From Myxococcota bacterium (lineage in GTDB: Bacteria; Myxococcota_A; UBA9160; SZUA-336): DNA of 64,000 bases. The translations under genes were made by a program, and so were the position numbers. Positions 37,293 through 47,100 of the stretch are shown one piece after another. The stretch covers positions 1,888,001 through 1,952,000 of the forward strand of contig CBDFGR010000002.1 of NCBI GenBank assembly GCA_965247115.1, given 5' to 3'. How positions within the stretch are numbered: the stretch's first letter is position 1; every line of letters starts with the position of its first letter. The notes beneath the pieces were generated by a model. That model had not been told where the DNA came from. It did no database searches and worked only from the letters and a program-made list of their open reading frames with translations.

Positions 37293-38201
37293 TTGAGAAC
37301 GCTACTGCCGCGTCCGCTGTTGGAACACCAGCATCACGGCCCGCTGCCCTTCTACTGCGTCCGCGAGGAGAAGCTTGCCATCCTGTCGCTGGTGACCTTC
37401 GGGCTGTACCAGGTCTACTGGTTCTACAAGAACTGGGCGCTGGCAAAGGCACAGTACCGTCCGGGGCTCCACCCGCTCTGGCGTGCAATCTTCTCCCCGT
37501 TCTATTGCTTCTCCCTGGCTGCGAGCGTCGAGTGCGCGGCCAGGTCGGCGCGCGTGAGAGAGCGCGGGAATCCCGTGCTCTTCGCGCTCGGCTACCTGGG
37601 GATCTGCAGCCTGGGATTTGTCCACGGTCCCCTCGGGCTGCTAGCTCTATTCTCCTTTATCCCCTTGATCCCGATCCAGCGGCAGATCCGGAGGGTTCAC
37701 GAGGCGCTCCGGCCCGATCTCGACTCCACCGTCGGCTGGGGCATGGCCTCCTATGCGGCTCTGGTGCTGGGGTTCGTGCCGTTCACAGCGGTCGCCGTCA
37801 GCTTGTTCGTCCTGCCCAGTGCCATCGTGCGAGAACCCGAGATACCGTCGTCAGACAGGTACGCGCTCGTCGAGGCGGGTGTCCTCGAATGGGACGAGCG
37901 CCTTCTGTACCTCTACACCACAGGCGTATTTTCGGTCCTGGAGGGCGGGAGCTTGCTTACCGACCGTCGCGCCGTGAGCTACTCGTCGACTCATGGCGAC
38001 CTGTGGGTCGCCGCTGCGGCTTATCGAGAGGTCGAGGACATCCACGTGAGGCACTCGGGCACCCTGCTGAAGCCGACGGTGATCACCCTCACCTCGATTG
38101 GCGGCAAGCGGGTTCGCTTGGAGGTCTCGCGGATGGGGGGACTGGACACGGAGTTCGTGGCTCAGCTGCGCCTCCACCTGCTGGTCTCTCTTGACCCCTA
38201 G
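37293..38201 (+). CDS. Membrane protein (DUF4234-like N-terminus); true start may be ATG37255 via a frameshift
   Basis: LSLVTFGLYQVYWFYKNW motif, TM segments, soluble C-terminal domain. Confidence 0.7.
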   Translation: MRTLLPRPLLEHQHHGPLPFYCVREEKLAILSLVTFGLYQVYWFYKNWALAKAQYRPGLHPLWRAIFSPFYCFSLAASVECAARSARVRERGNPVLFALGYLGICSLGFVHGPLGLLALFSFIPLIPIQRQIRRVHEALRPDLDSTVGWGMASYAALVLGFVPFTAVAVSLFVLPSAIVREPEIPSSDRYALVEAGVLEWDERLLYLYTTGVFSVLEGGSLLTDRRAVSYSSTHGDLWVAAAAYREVEDIHVRHSGTLLKPTVITLTSIGGKRVRLEVSRMGGLDTEFVAQLRLHLLVSLDP

Positions 38202-38245
38202 GCCCTTGGATAGAGACGGGGCAGTCCTATAGTTCTGCAACGCGG

Positions 38246-38656
38246 ATGTGTCCTGTCTGTCAAGAGCCGCTGGTGGCGTTCGAGCTCGACGGGGTCGAGA
38301 TCGATCGCTGCATCCGCTGCGGAGGGACGTGGCTCGATGTCGGTGAGCTCGAGACGATCAGCGAGCTGGCGGGCGTCCCGTCCGTTGCGCTTCGGCTGGC
38401 GCTCTCAGAGGATCGGAGCGGGCGTCGCACGCGCCGACGCTGTCCACGCTGCTGGCGCAGGCTGCGCGAGATCCTCATCAGCGACGAGCCGCAGGTCAGG
38501 GTGGATCGCTGCCTGCGCGGCCACGGCCTGTGGTTGGACCGCGACGAGATGGAGCAGATAATCCGGTCCTTTGCGAGCGGCGAGGGGGAAGTGGTCGCGC
38601 ACTTCTTTGCGGATCTCTACAGGCACGAGCTCGAAGCAACGGAAAGGGGGAGCTGA
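38246..38656 (+). CDS. Tandem zf-TFIIB-like zinc-ribbon protein
   Basis: CPVC...DRCIRCGGTWLD.GE and CPRC...DRCLRGHGLWLD..E repeats. Confidence 0.85.
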   Translation: MCPVCQEPLVAFELDGVEIDRCIRCGGTWLDVGELETISELAGVPSVALRLALSEDRSGRRTRRRCPRCWRRLREILISDEPQVRVDRCLRGHGLWLDRDEMEQIIRSFASGEGEVVAHFFADLYRHELEATERGS

Positions 38657-38657
38657 G

Positions 38658-39212
38658 ATGATGGGTACGATCCTGTTTCTGGCGATCGTTGCGGCCGTGG
38701 TGCTGTGGCTGGTCGGGATGTACAACGGCCTGGTTCGGCTGCGGAACCAGGTTCAGAACGCCTGGTCCCAGATCGACGTTCAGCTCAAGCGGCGCCACGA
38801 TCTGATCCCCAACCTGGTCGAGAGCGTAAAGGGCTATGCCGCGCACGAGCGGGGAACGCTCGAAGAGGTGGTCCAGGCGCGTTCCCGTGCGGTGTCAGCA
38901 ACGGGCGTTGGCGAGCAGTCGCAGGCCGAAGCCGAGCTGTCGGGTGCGCTGGGGAGGCTGATGGTGGTGGTCGAGCAGTACCCGGACCTGAAGGCGAATC
39001 AGAACTTCCTGAGCTTGCAGGAGGAGCTGACCTCGACCGAGAACAAGATCGGCTTCTCGCGCCAGCACTACAACGACTCGGTCATGACCTACAACACTCG
39101 GATCCAGAGCGTCCCGCAGAACATCCTCGCCGACACCTTCGGGTTCGAGGAGGAAGCGTTCTTCGAGATCGAGATCGGCGCCGAACGGGAGGTCCCGCAG
39201 GTCAAGTTCTGA
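38658..39212 (+). CDS. lemA: LemA family protein
   Basis: N-terminal TM, YNGLVRLRN, NAWSQIDVQLKRRHDLIPNLV, YPDLKANQNF. Confidence 0.95.
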   Translation: MMGTILFLAIVAAVVLWLVGMYNGLVRLRNQVQNAWSQIDVQLKRRHDLIPNLVESVKGYAAHERGTLEEVVQARSRAVSATGVGEQSQAEAELSGALGRLMVVVEQYPDLKANQNFLSLQEELTSTENKIGFSRQHYNDSVMTYNTRIQSVPQNILADTFGFEEEAFFEIEIGAEREVPQVKF

Positions 39213-39215
39213 TCG

Positions 39216-40601
39216 ATGTGGGAAGCGATCCGGGCCAACACCCGGCGATCCAGACTTCTGATCGGCACGATGGGGGCGATGCTGGTCGGCCTCGGCTATC
39301 TCGTCGGCGTCGTGTACGGCGGGCCGGAGGCTGGTACGTGGGGAGCCGGGGGCGCGCTCGCGGTCTGGCTCGCGCTGCTGATCGCCGCGCTCGGCGCTGG
39401 AGAGCAGGTCATGATGCTGGGCGCCAGGGCAAGGCGCGTCGAGAAGGAGGACATGCCGCGGCTGTGGAACGTGGTCGAGGAGATGACCATCGCTTCTGGA
39501 CTGGGTACGCCTCCCAAGATCTACTTGATTGATGACGACGTCCCGAATGCGTTCGCCGCGGGTCGCACGCCGGAGAGCTCCTGCGTTGCAGTCACCTCTG
39601 GGTTGTTGAAGCGCCTCACCCGGGATGAGCTGCAGGGCGTGATCGCCCACGAGCTTGGTCACGTCAGGAACCACGACGTGCGCTTCATGACCATCGCAGG
39701 GGTCATGCTCGGCAGCGTGGTCATCATCTCCGATGTCTTCCTGCGCTCGCTGTGGTACGGAGGGGGTCGCCGCAGCGGCGGAGGTAGAGGTGGAGGGCAG
39801 GGACAGGCGGTCTTCGTGGCGGCGGCCATCGTTGTAGCGATCCTCGCACCCGTCTTCACGCGCCTGCTGTACTACGCGTGCTCGAGAGGTCGGGAATACC
39901 TGGCGGACGCCTCCGCGGCTCGCTTCACTCGCTACCCGCCGGGGCTGGCCGGAGCGCTGGCGAAGATCTCGGGCGGCGTCGGGTCACGTAAGAACGTGCG
40001 GCGCGCGCTTGCTCCCATGTACATCGTAAACCCGCTCCAGGGAGTCGACTCCTGGCAGCTGTTCTCCACGCATCCCCCGACCGACAAGCGCATTGCCATC
40101 CTCCGCTCGATGGGGGGCAACGCGGGCTGGAGGGACTACGAGGCCGCGTACCAGGACGTCGTCGGCGGCAAGGCCTGCCTCGACACGCGCACTCGCTTCT
40201 CCGAGGAGAGTGTCGCGGCGCGCGCGCCGCACGTGGAGCCGGAAGCAAGGGCCGACGCGGTGGGGCGCGCAAGAGAGGTCGTCGATCTGCTCGACCGGAT
40301 GGCGGGGTTCGTGGCGATCGCGTGTCCCTGCGGTGTGCACATCAAGGCTCCTCCCGGGCTTCGCGCTCTCGCGATCCGCTGCACCCGTTGCGGGAGGGAG
40401 CACGACATACCCAGGGCCGAGCCGGCACACGCGCTCTCCGACTCCGAAGGGCCCCTCCGGTACACCCGCAAGAGCGAGGGCTGGGAGTCCTTCCAGTGCT
40501 CCTGCGGCCACTCGCTACAGCTGAGCCCCGCCTTCCAGGGCAGCCAACTGGAGTGCCAGGGCTGCAAGCGCTGGGTCGCGATCGTCTCCGCGCAGAGCTA
40601 G
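39216..40601 (+). CDS. htpX: HtpX/M48 membrane zinc metalloprotease with a C-terminal double zinc-ribbon extension
   Basis: PNAFAAG, HELGH, SRGREYLAD, STHPP; extra CPCG..CTRC and CSCG..CQGC. Confidence 0.88.
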   Translation: MWEAIRANTRRSRLLIGTMGAMLVGLGYLVGVVYGGPEAGTWGAGGALAVWLALLIAALGAGEQVMMLGARARRVEKEDMPRLWNVVEEMTIASGLGTPPKIYLIDDDVPNAFAAGRTPESSCVAVTSGLLKRLTRDELQGVIAHELGHVRNHDVRFMTIAGVMLGSVVIISDVFLRSLWYGGGRRSGGGRGGGQGQAVFVAAAIVVAILAPVFTRLLYYACSRGREYLADASAARFTRYPPGLAGALAKISGGVGSRKNVRRALAPMYIVNPLQGVDSWQLFSTHPPTDKRIAILRSMGGNAGWRDYEAAYQDVVGGKACLDTRTRFSEESVAARAPHVEPEARADAVGRAREVVDLLDRMAGFVAIACPCGVHIKAPPGLRALAIRCTRCGREHDIPRAEPAHALSDSEGPLRYTRKSEGWESFQCSCGHSLQLSPAFQGSQLECQGCKRWVAIVSAQS

Positions 40602-40620
40602 CTGCTACAGTGAGTTCCAC

Positions 40621-42468
40621 ATGGACGTGCAGCATAAGCTCGCCGCCATCCTGTCTGCCGACGTGGTCGGCTACAGCCGGCTCATGGCAGAGGACGAGGA
40701 CGCGACCGTCCGCACGCTGAGCGCGTATCGCGCTGAGATCGGGCTACTCGTGGAGCAGCACAGCGGCCGCGTCGTAGACTTCACGGGCGACAACCTGCTG
40801 GCGGAGTTCCCGACGGCCCTCGCCGCTGTCCGCGGAGCCGTCTCCATTCAGCGTGTGCTGTCGGCCAGGAACGCGGACCTGGATGAAGCGCACCGCATGG
40901 ACTTCCGCATCGGTCTGCACATGGGCGACGTACGTGTGGAGGGCGGGCGGATCTATGGCGATGGCGTGAACATCGCCGCTCGACTCGAGGGGCTGGCCGA
41001 GCCCGGCGGGATCTGCATCTCCGCGACGGTGCACGAGCAGGTGCGGAACAAGCTCGAGGTGGGCTACCAGGATCTCGGCGACCAGAGCATCAAGAACATC
41101 CCGGACCAGGTCCACGTGTTCCGCGTGAGCCTCGATTCGCGGCCAGCACGGTCGCCCGGCACGTTGCGCGGGTCCCGGCGCCGCGTGGCCGCGTTCGTGC
41201 TGGTGGTCGTGGTCGCCGCTGGCGCCGGGCTCATCTGGAGATTCCTCGCCGCACCAGCCACGACACCCACGGGGGATGTCCCCTCCCTCGTGGTCCTGCC
41301 TTTTGCAAACCTGAGTGACGATCCGGAGCAGGAGTACTTCTCGGACGGCCTGACCGAGGATCTGATCACCGACCTCTCCAAGATCTCCGGTCTCCTGGTG
41401 ATCGCGCGCAATTCCGCCTTCACGTATAAGGGAAGGGCGGTGCGTGTCGAGGACGTCGGGCGCGAGCTCGGCGTGGCGTACGTGCTCGAGGGCAGCGTCC
41501 GCCGTGCCGACGACCGAGTGCGCATCACGGCGCAGCTCGTAGAGACGGCGAAGGGCTACCACCTCTGGTCGGAGCGCTACGACCGCGACCTGCAGGACAT
41601 CTTCGCGCTGCAGGACGAGGTCGCGCGCGAGATCGTGGGGGCGCTCGAGGTCCAGCTCTCCGACAGCGAGACCGCGCAGGTCGAGCACTTGCCAACGACG
41701 AACCTCGAGGCCTATGAGGCTTTTCAGCGCGGAGTGGTCTACGCCAGGCGCCTGGATCCTGACACGAATCTGCGGGCTCAGGAGCTGGCACGCCGCGCCA
41801 TCGAGCTAGATCCAGAGTTCGGACCCGCCCACGCCTTGCTCGGCAGTCTGCTGATGGCCTCGTGGATTAACCAGACATCGGAAGATCCCGGCACGATGGA
41901 GCGTGCAGAGAGACTCGTCGGACGGGCGCTGGAGCTCTATGCCGCGGACCCGAGGTCGCTCGTTGCCGCGAGCTCGATCTACAGCATGCGAGGTCGCATG
42001 GATGATGCAACGGCCGCGGCGAAGCAGGCCGTGGCGCTGGCTCCCGGCAGCGCGCAGGCGCACGCGGCGCTCGGAAACGCGCTCCTGCGAGTGGGGAAAC
42101 CGGGGGAGGCCATGCGCGCGCTCACTACCGGGCTGCGGCTGGACCCCCTGGATCCGATGGCCGCGTTTCAAATGGCTGCGGCGCTGATCCTGGAGAACAA
42201 GCAGGAACGGGTGATTGCGGTCCTGCGACGCGCGATCACCCACACCCCCGACTTCGTCCCTCTCCACGGACTGCTCACAGTCTGCTACGTGGAGCTCGGC
42301 CGGATGGCAGAGGCGCGTACCGCGCAGGCCGAGATTCAGAGAATCACGCCGGACTTCAGTTATCACGAGCTCGAGAGCAGGAACCTCGCGGGCGGGGGCC
42401 CGGAGTACCGGAGTCGAGTCGCTGCCGCGCTCCGGAAGTTGGGGCTGCAATCACAGGAGGCGGAGTGA
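40621..42468 (+). CDS. Class III nucleotide cyclase with TM, TolB-like and TPR regions
   Basis: ILSADVVGYSRLM, GDN, GDGVNIAARLE; VLPFANLSDDPEQEYFSDG; TPR repeats. Confidence 0.9.
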   Translation: MDVQHKLAAILSADVVGYSRLMAEDEDATVRTLSAYRAEIGLLVEQHSGRVVDFTGDNLLAEFPTALAAVRGAVSIQRVLSARNADLDEAHRMDFRIGLHMGDVRVEGGRIYGDGVNIAARLEGLAEPGGICISATVHEQVRNKLEVGYQDLGDQSIKNIPDQVHVFRVSLDSRPARSPGTLRGSRRRVAAFVLVVVVAAGAGLIWRFLAAPATTPTGDVPSLVVLPFANLSDDPEQEYFSDGLTEDLITDLSKISGLLVIARNSAFTYKGRAVRVEDVGRELGVAYVLEGSVRRADDRVRITAQLVETAKGYHLWSERYDRDLQDIFALQDEVAREIVGALEVQLSDSETAQVEHLPTTNLEAYEAFQRGVVYARRLDPDTNLRAQELARRAIELDPEFGPAHALLGSLLMASWINQTSEDPGTMERAERLVGRALELYAADPRSLVAASSIYSMRGRMDDATAAAKQAVALAPGSAQAHAALGNALLRVGKPGEAMRALTTGLRLDPLDPMAAFQMAAALILENKQERVIAVLRRAITHTPDFVPLHGLLTVCYVELGRMAEARTAQAEIQRITPDFSYHELESRNLAGGGPEYRSRVAAALRKLGLQSQEAE

Positions 42469-43427
42469 GGGCGGTCCTGTGCGAGAAGCTGGGCGGACCC
42501 GAGAGCCTGGTGGTTCGAGATATCGATCCCCCTGGCAGCCCGGGTGAAGGGCAGGTCAAGGTCGCGCTACAGGCGCGAGGCGTGAGCTTCGTCGACGTGC
42601 TGATGGTCGCCGGCGAGTACCACGTGAAACCCGAGCTCCCCTTCGTACCCGGAGGTGAGGCGGCTGGGATAGTCACCGACGTCGGGGCCGGAGTCGAGGA
42701 ACTCCGGGAAGGCGATCGCGTCCTCACCTCCGGTGGCTGCGTCGAGGAGGTGCTGCTGGATGCAGGGCGCGTTACGCCCCTCCCGGACTCCGTCAGCATC
42801 GAGGCCGCCGCGGCGTTCCGCGCCAACTACACGACCGCCTACTACGGTCTGCAGCGCGGCCGCCTCGAGGCCGGCGAGGTGCTGCTCGTCCACGGAGCAG
42901 GCGGCGGCGTTGGTCTTGCCGCCGTGGACGTCGGGAAGCTGCTCGGCGCGACCGTGATCGGAACGGCGAGCACGGACGAGAAGCTCGCGGTCGTGAAGCA
43001 GCTGGGCGCGGATCACACCATCAACTACACCGACGGCTTCCGCGAGCAGGTCAAGGAGCTCACCGGGGGGCGGGGTGCGGACGTGATCTACGATCCCGTC
43101 GGCGGCGACGTGTTCGACGAGTCCATGCGCTGCATCGCCCCTTTTGGCCGCATCTTGATCATCGGCTTCGCCGGCGGCCGACCGGCCCTGGCCAAGACGA
43201 ATCACCTGCTCGTCAAGGACGCCACCGCGATCGGCTTCACGATCGGCGCGCTCTCCCACCACGACCCCGCCTGGGCCGAGCGTAACTTCCGCATCGTGAT
43301 GGCCTGGCTGGCAGCTGGCCGCCTACACCCCTACGTCTCCCACAAGCTCCCGCTGGAGAAAACCGCAGAAGCCCTCCAGCTCATCATTGACCGCAAGGTC
43401 ATAGGCAAAGCCCTCCTGATGTCCTGA
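42465..43427 (+). CDS. NADPH:quinone oxidoreductase (zeta-crystallin/MDR)
   Basis: PFVPGGEAAG, VHGAGGGVG, DVIYDPVGG. Confidence 0.9.
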   Translation: MRAVLCEKLGGPESLVVRDIDPPGSPGEGQVKVALQARGVSFVDVLMVAGEYHVKPELPFVPGGEAAGIVTDVGAGVEELREGDRVLTSGGCVEEVLLDAGRVTPLPDSVSIEAAAAFRANYTTAYYGLQRGRLEAGEVLLVHGAGGGVGLAAVDVGKLLGATVIGTASTDEKLAVVKQLGADHTINYTDGFREQVKELTGGRGADVIYDPVGGDVFDESMRCIAPFGRILIIGFAGGRPALAKTNHLLVKDATAIGFTIGALSHHDPAWAERNFRIVMAWLAAGRLHPYVSHKLPLEKTAEALQLIIDRKVIGKALLMS

Positions 43428-43522
43428 GCGGGGACGAGCTTGGCACCGTCCCCAAGTTCTGGTTGGCTGAAACCATTCTCCAGCTCTGGCGTCCAACAAC
43501 TAGCGCAGGTTGGAGGCGTGCG

Positions 43523-44144
43523 ATGAGAGTTGGTCTTGACAGTTTGGCCATGCGATACGAGGGGAGCCGCGCTGTATCCACGGCCCTGCTCCTGGTCGGA
43601 CTGAGCCTGCTCGCCCTGGGTCGTCTCTGCCCCTACGCCTAGCGAGGCCTGCACGCCCGTCCGCGTCCAGTTCGCCCACGGCCTCGAGGGCAGCCCCGCG
43701 GGCGCCAAGGCTCGGCTGTTCGCCGAGCACTTCACGGCCTGCACGCCCGCCATGGAGACCAGCGACTTCCAGGCGTGCGTCGATCTCCACCGAGAGGCCC
43801 TCGCGTCCTTTCGTCCCGACGTGCTCGTCGGCTCCTCGTTCGGGGGCGCGGTCGTAGCGGAGCTCCTGGCGCGCGAGCTCTGGCGTGGCCCCACACTCCT
43901 GCTGGCGCAAGCCGCGCTGCGCCGCAGCCCGACGCAACGCCTCCCGCAGGCCGTCCGGGTCTGGCTCGTGCACGGCACTCGAGACGAAGTCATCGATCCG
44001 GACGACAGTCGCCGCCTGGCCGAGACCGGAGCGCCAGATTCGGTGCGCCTGATCGAGGTAGACGACGATCACTCGCTCCACGAGAGCATCCGCAACGGGA
44101 TGCTGCTCGGCTGGGTGCGACAGCTCGCACGGACCTCCTCCTAG
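43523..44144 (+). pseudogene. Exported YqiA-like alpha/beta hydrolase, apparently frameshifted near 43619
   Basis: GGAGG RBS + ATG43523 gives a signal-like ALLLVGLSLLAL; a second frame continues VVSAPTPSEA...AHGLEGSP...VGSSFGG...VHGTRDEVI...DDDHSL. Confidence 0.65.
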
Positions 44145-44187
44145 CGGACCACTTCGGAGTAGAGTGGTCCACCGGGGAAGGGCCGAG

Positions 44188-47100
44188 ATGAACTGTCCGA
44201 GCTGCGCGATCGAGAACCGCGACGGGATACGCTTCTGCGTGTCCTGCGGCGCGGCGCTCGCATGGACCTGCGCAGGTTGCGGCGCCGTCGCTGACCCTGA
44301 GGATCAGTTCTGCGGTGCCTGTGGGCGGCCGCGCCAGGCTGAGCCCACAGCCGACGTGGCTCCGGAGCGCGATCCCCGCTCGTACACTCCAAAGCACCTG
44401 GCGGAGAAGATCCTGGGCACTCGCTCCGCCCTCGAGGGCGAGCGAAAACAGGTGACAGTGCTCTTTGCGGACGTCAAGGGCTCGATGGAGCTGGCAGCCC
44501 AGGTCGACCCCGAGGAGTGGCACGCGATCCTGGACCACTTCTTTCAGATCCTCGCAGATGGCGTGCACCGCTTCGAGGGAACGGTCAACCAGTACACCGG
44601 CGATGGGATCATGGCGCTGTTCGGTGCGCCCATTGCCCACGAAGACCACGCGCAGCGCGCCTGTTACGCGGCGCTCTGGCTGCGCGACGAGCTGCGTCCG
44701 TACGCCGACGAGCTGCGTCGCACGCGGGGCCTCAACTTCTCCGTACGCATGGGCCTCAATTCCGGCGAGGTGATCGTCGGAAAGATCGGCGACGACCTGC
44801 GGATGGACTACACCGCGCAGGGTCACACGGTAGGTCTGGCGCAGCGCATCGAGCAGCTCGCCTCTGCCGAGAGCTGCTACCTGACCGAGGCGACCGCCCG
44901 CCTGGTGCGGAGCTTCTTCGATCTGCACGCCCTCGGTGGGTTCGAGATCAAAGGCAACGTCGAGCCGGTGCCGGTGTTCGAGCTCGCAGGTGTGGGGGGC
45001 TCCCGGACGCGGCTCGAGGACTCGGAGGCCCGCGGCTTTTCGCGCTTCGTGGGGCGCGAGGTCGAGATGGAGAGCTTGGACGAGGTGCTGGCCGAGGCGC
45101 TCGAAGGCCGGGGCCGTGTGCTCGGAGTGGTCGGAGCCGCGGGCCTCGGCAAGAGCAGGCTTTGCGTCGAATTCCTGATGCAATGCCGGGAGGTCGATCG
45201 CGACGTACACAGGACGTACTGCCCGTCGCACGCGAGCGCACTTCCCTTTGTCGCCGTCCGAGAGCTGCTGCGCGGGATCTTCTCGATCAGCGAGGCCGAC
45301 TCGGAGGAGGATGCACGCAAGAAGATCGCGGGCACGCTCGTGCTTCTGGGCGATGCGTCGCCCGAGTCCCTGCCGTACGCGTTCGACTTTCTCGGAGTGG
45401 GCGACCCGGCAAACCCCCCGCCAGCGCTCGATCCCGCCGAGCGCCGCAGGAGCCTCTTCGCGTTTCTGACGCACATCGTACGGGCAAAGAGCGAACGCTC
45501 GGGCATGGTCCTCTTCTGGGACGACGTCCACTGGATCGATCCCGGCAGCAACGACGCTCTCGCCCACCTGGTCGACGCGGTCCAGGACACCCGCACGCTA
45601 CTGCTGCTCAACTACCGCCCGGAGTACGCGCCGCGCTGGATGGGCGAGTCGCACGTGGCCCGAGTCGAGCTCGATCCTCTGGGACGGGAGGCCCTGACCG
45701 CTCTGCTCGACGATCTGCTCGGCAACGACGCGTCGCTGGGAGACCTGCGCGAGCAGATCATGGAGAGGACACAGGGGAATCCCTTCTTCACGGAAGAGGT
45801 AGTGCAGACTCTTGTAGAGTCCGACGCGCTGGTCGGGGCGCGCGGGGCCTATCGACCGGGAGGTCCGGTCGAGACGCTCGAGATCCCTGCAACCGTGCAG
45901 CCGATCATTGCGGCTCGCATCGACCGCCTGGGAGACACAGAGAAGCGTGTGCTGCAGATTGCAGCGGTCATCGGCAAGCAGTTCCCCGAGCCCCTTCTCA
46001 ACCGCATCTCAGCGCTCCCGGAGTCCGACTTTGCCGCGGCACTCATCGCACTTCAGGACGGGGAGTTCCTGCGCGTAGAGAAGCTCTTCCCCGAGGTGGA
46101 GTACGCCTTCAAGCATCCGCTGACTCAGGAGGTGGCCTACGACACGCAGCTCCAGTCGACCCGGTCGCGCACGCACGCGGCGGTCGCGCGGGCCCTCACG
46201 AAGCTGGATCGGGAGAAGCTGGGCGAGCGCGCGTCGCTCATCGCCTTCCACTTCGAGCGGGCGAACAAGCCGGTTGACGCGGCGCACTGGCACCTGCGCT
46301 CGGTCGAGTGGCTCTCCGGCCACGACCTCGACTCGACAGTCCGTGCGTTCGAGCGGGCCAGGGAGCAGGCGACGCGCGGCGCGGACCGCAGGGCGTCGAG
46401 CCTCCAACTGGCGGCCTGCATCGGACTCATCGGTCCGCTCACGGCCCAGGATCGCCCGGAGCCCGAGCTGCGCGGCATCTTCGAGGAGGGCTGCACTCTC
46501 GCACAGGAGCTCGACGACCGCGCTGCGCTTCTGGCTCTCTACGTGCTGCAGGGAATTCACGCCCAGAGGAGCGGGGACCTGGAGGAGCACGAGAGGTTGC
46601 TGGCGGAGGCGCGGCGCATCGCGCCGGAGGACGACGCGACTTCGCGCTTCGTGCTGGCACTGCAGTCGGGCCTGAGTCGGTCCAAGCGTGGCGAGGTGCG
46701 CGCGGCGCTGAAGGATTTCGACTCGGTCGCCGACCTGGATCTTCCAACCATCGAGGGCGGCGGAGGGAGTGCGGCCGTAGGAGCCTTGACGCTTCGCGCG
46801 GCCTACGCGGAGTACTTCGTGATCCGCGGCGGCACGCTCATCCAGCTGGGGCGCTACGACGAGGCGGAGCGCGCGCTGGATCGGGGGGCTGAGCTGGGGA
46901 AGCAGCATCGCCTTGCTGCCGCCGAGATCGATGCGCTGTCGACGCGCGCGAACCTGGCGAAGGCTCGGGGGGACGTCCAGGCCGCACTGCAGATCGGCTC
47001 AGAGCTGGTTGAGCGGACCGGTCGCCTCGGAAGCCCGCTGTGGGCGGGAGTCGCCCAGGCGAGGATGGGATCCGCTCACTTGCTGGCCGGGGATCCGCGC

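Noticed and set aside
43646..43749. 14-bp direct repeat GGCCTGCACGCCCG (43646-43659, 43736-43749)
   Set aside because: Only two copies, inside coding sequence and GC-rich; not an array or a target-site duplication
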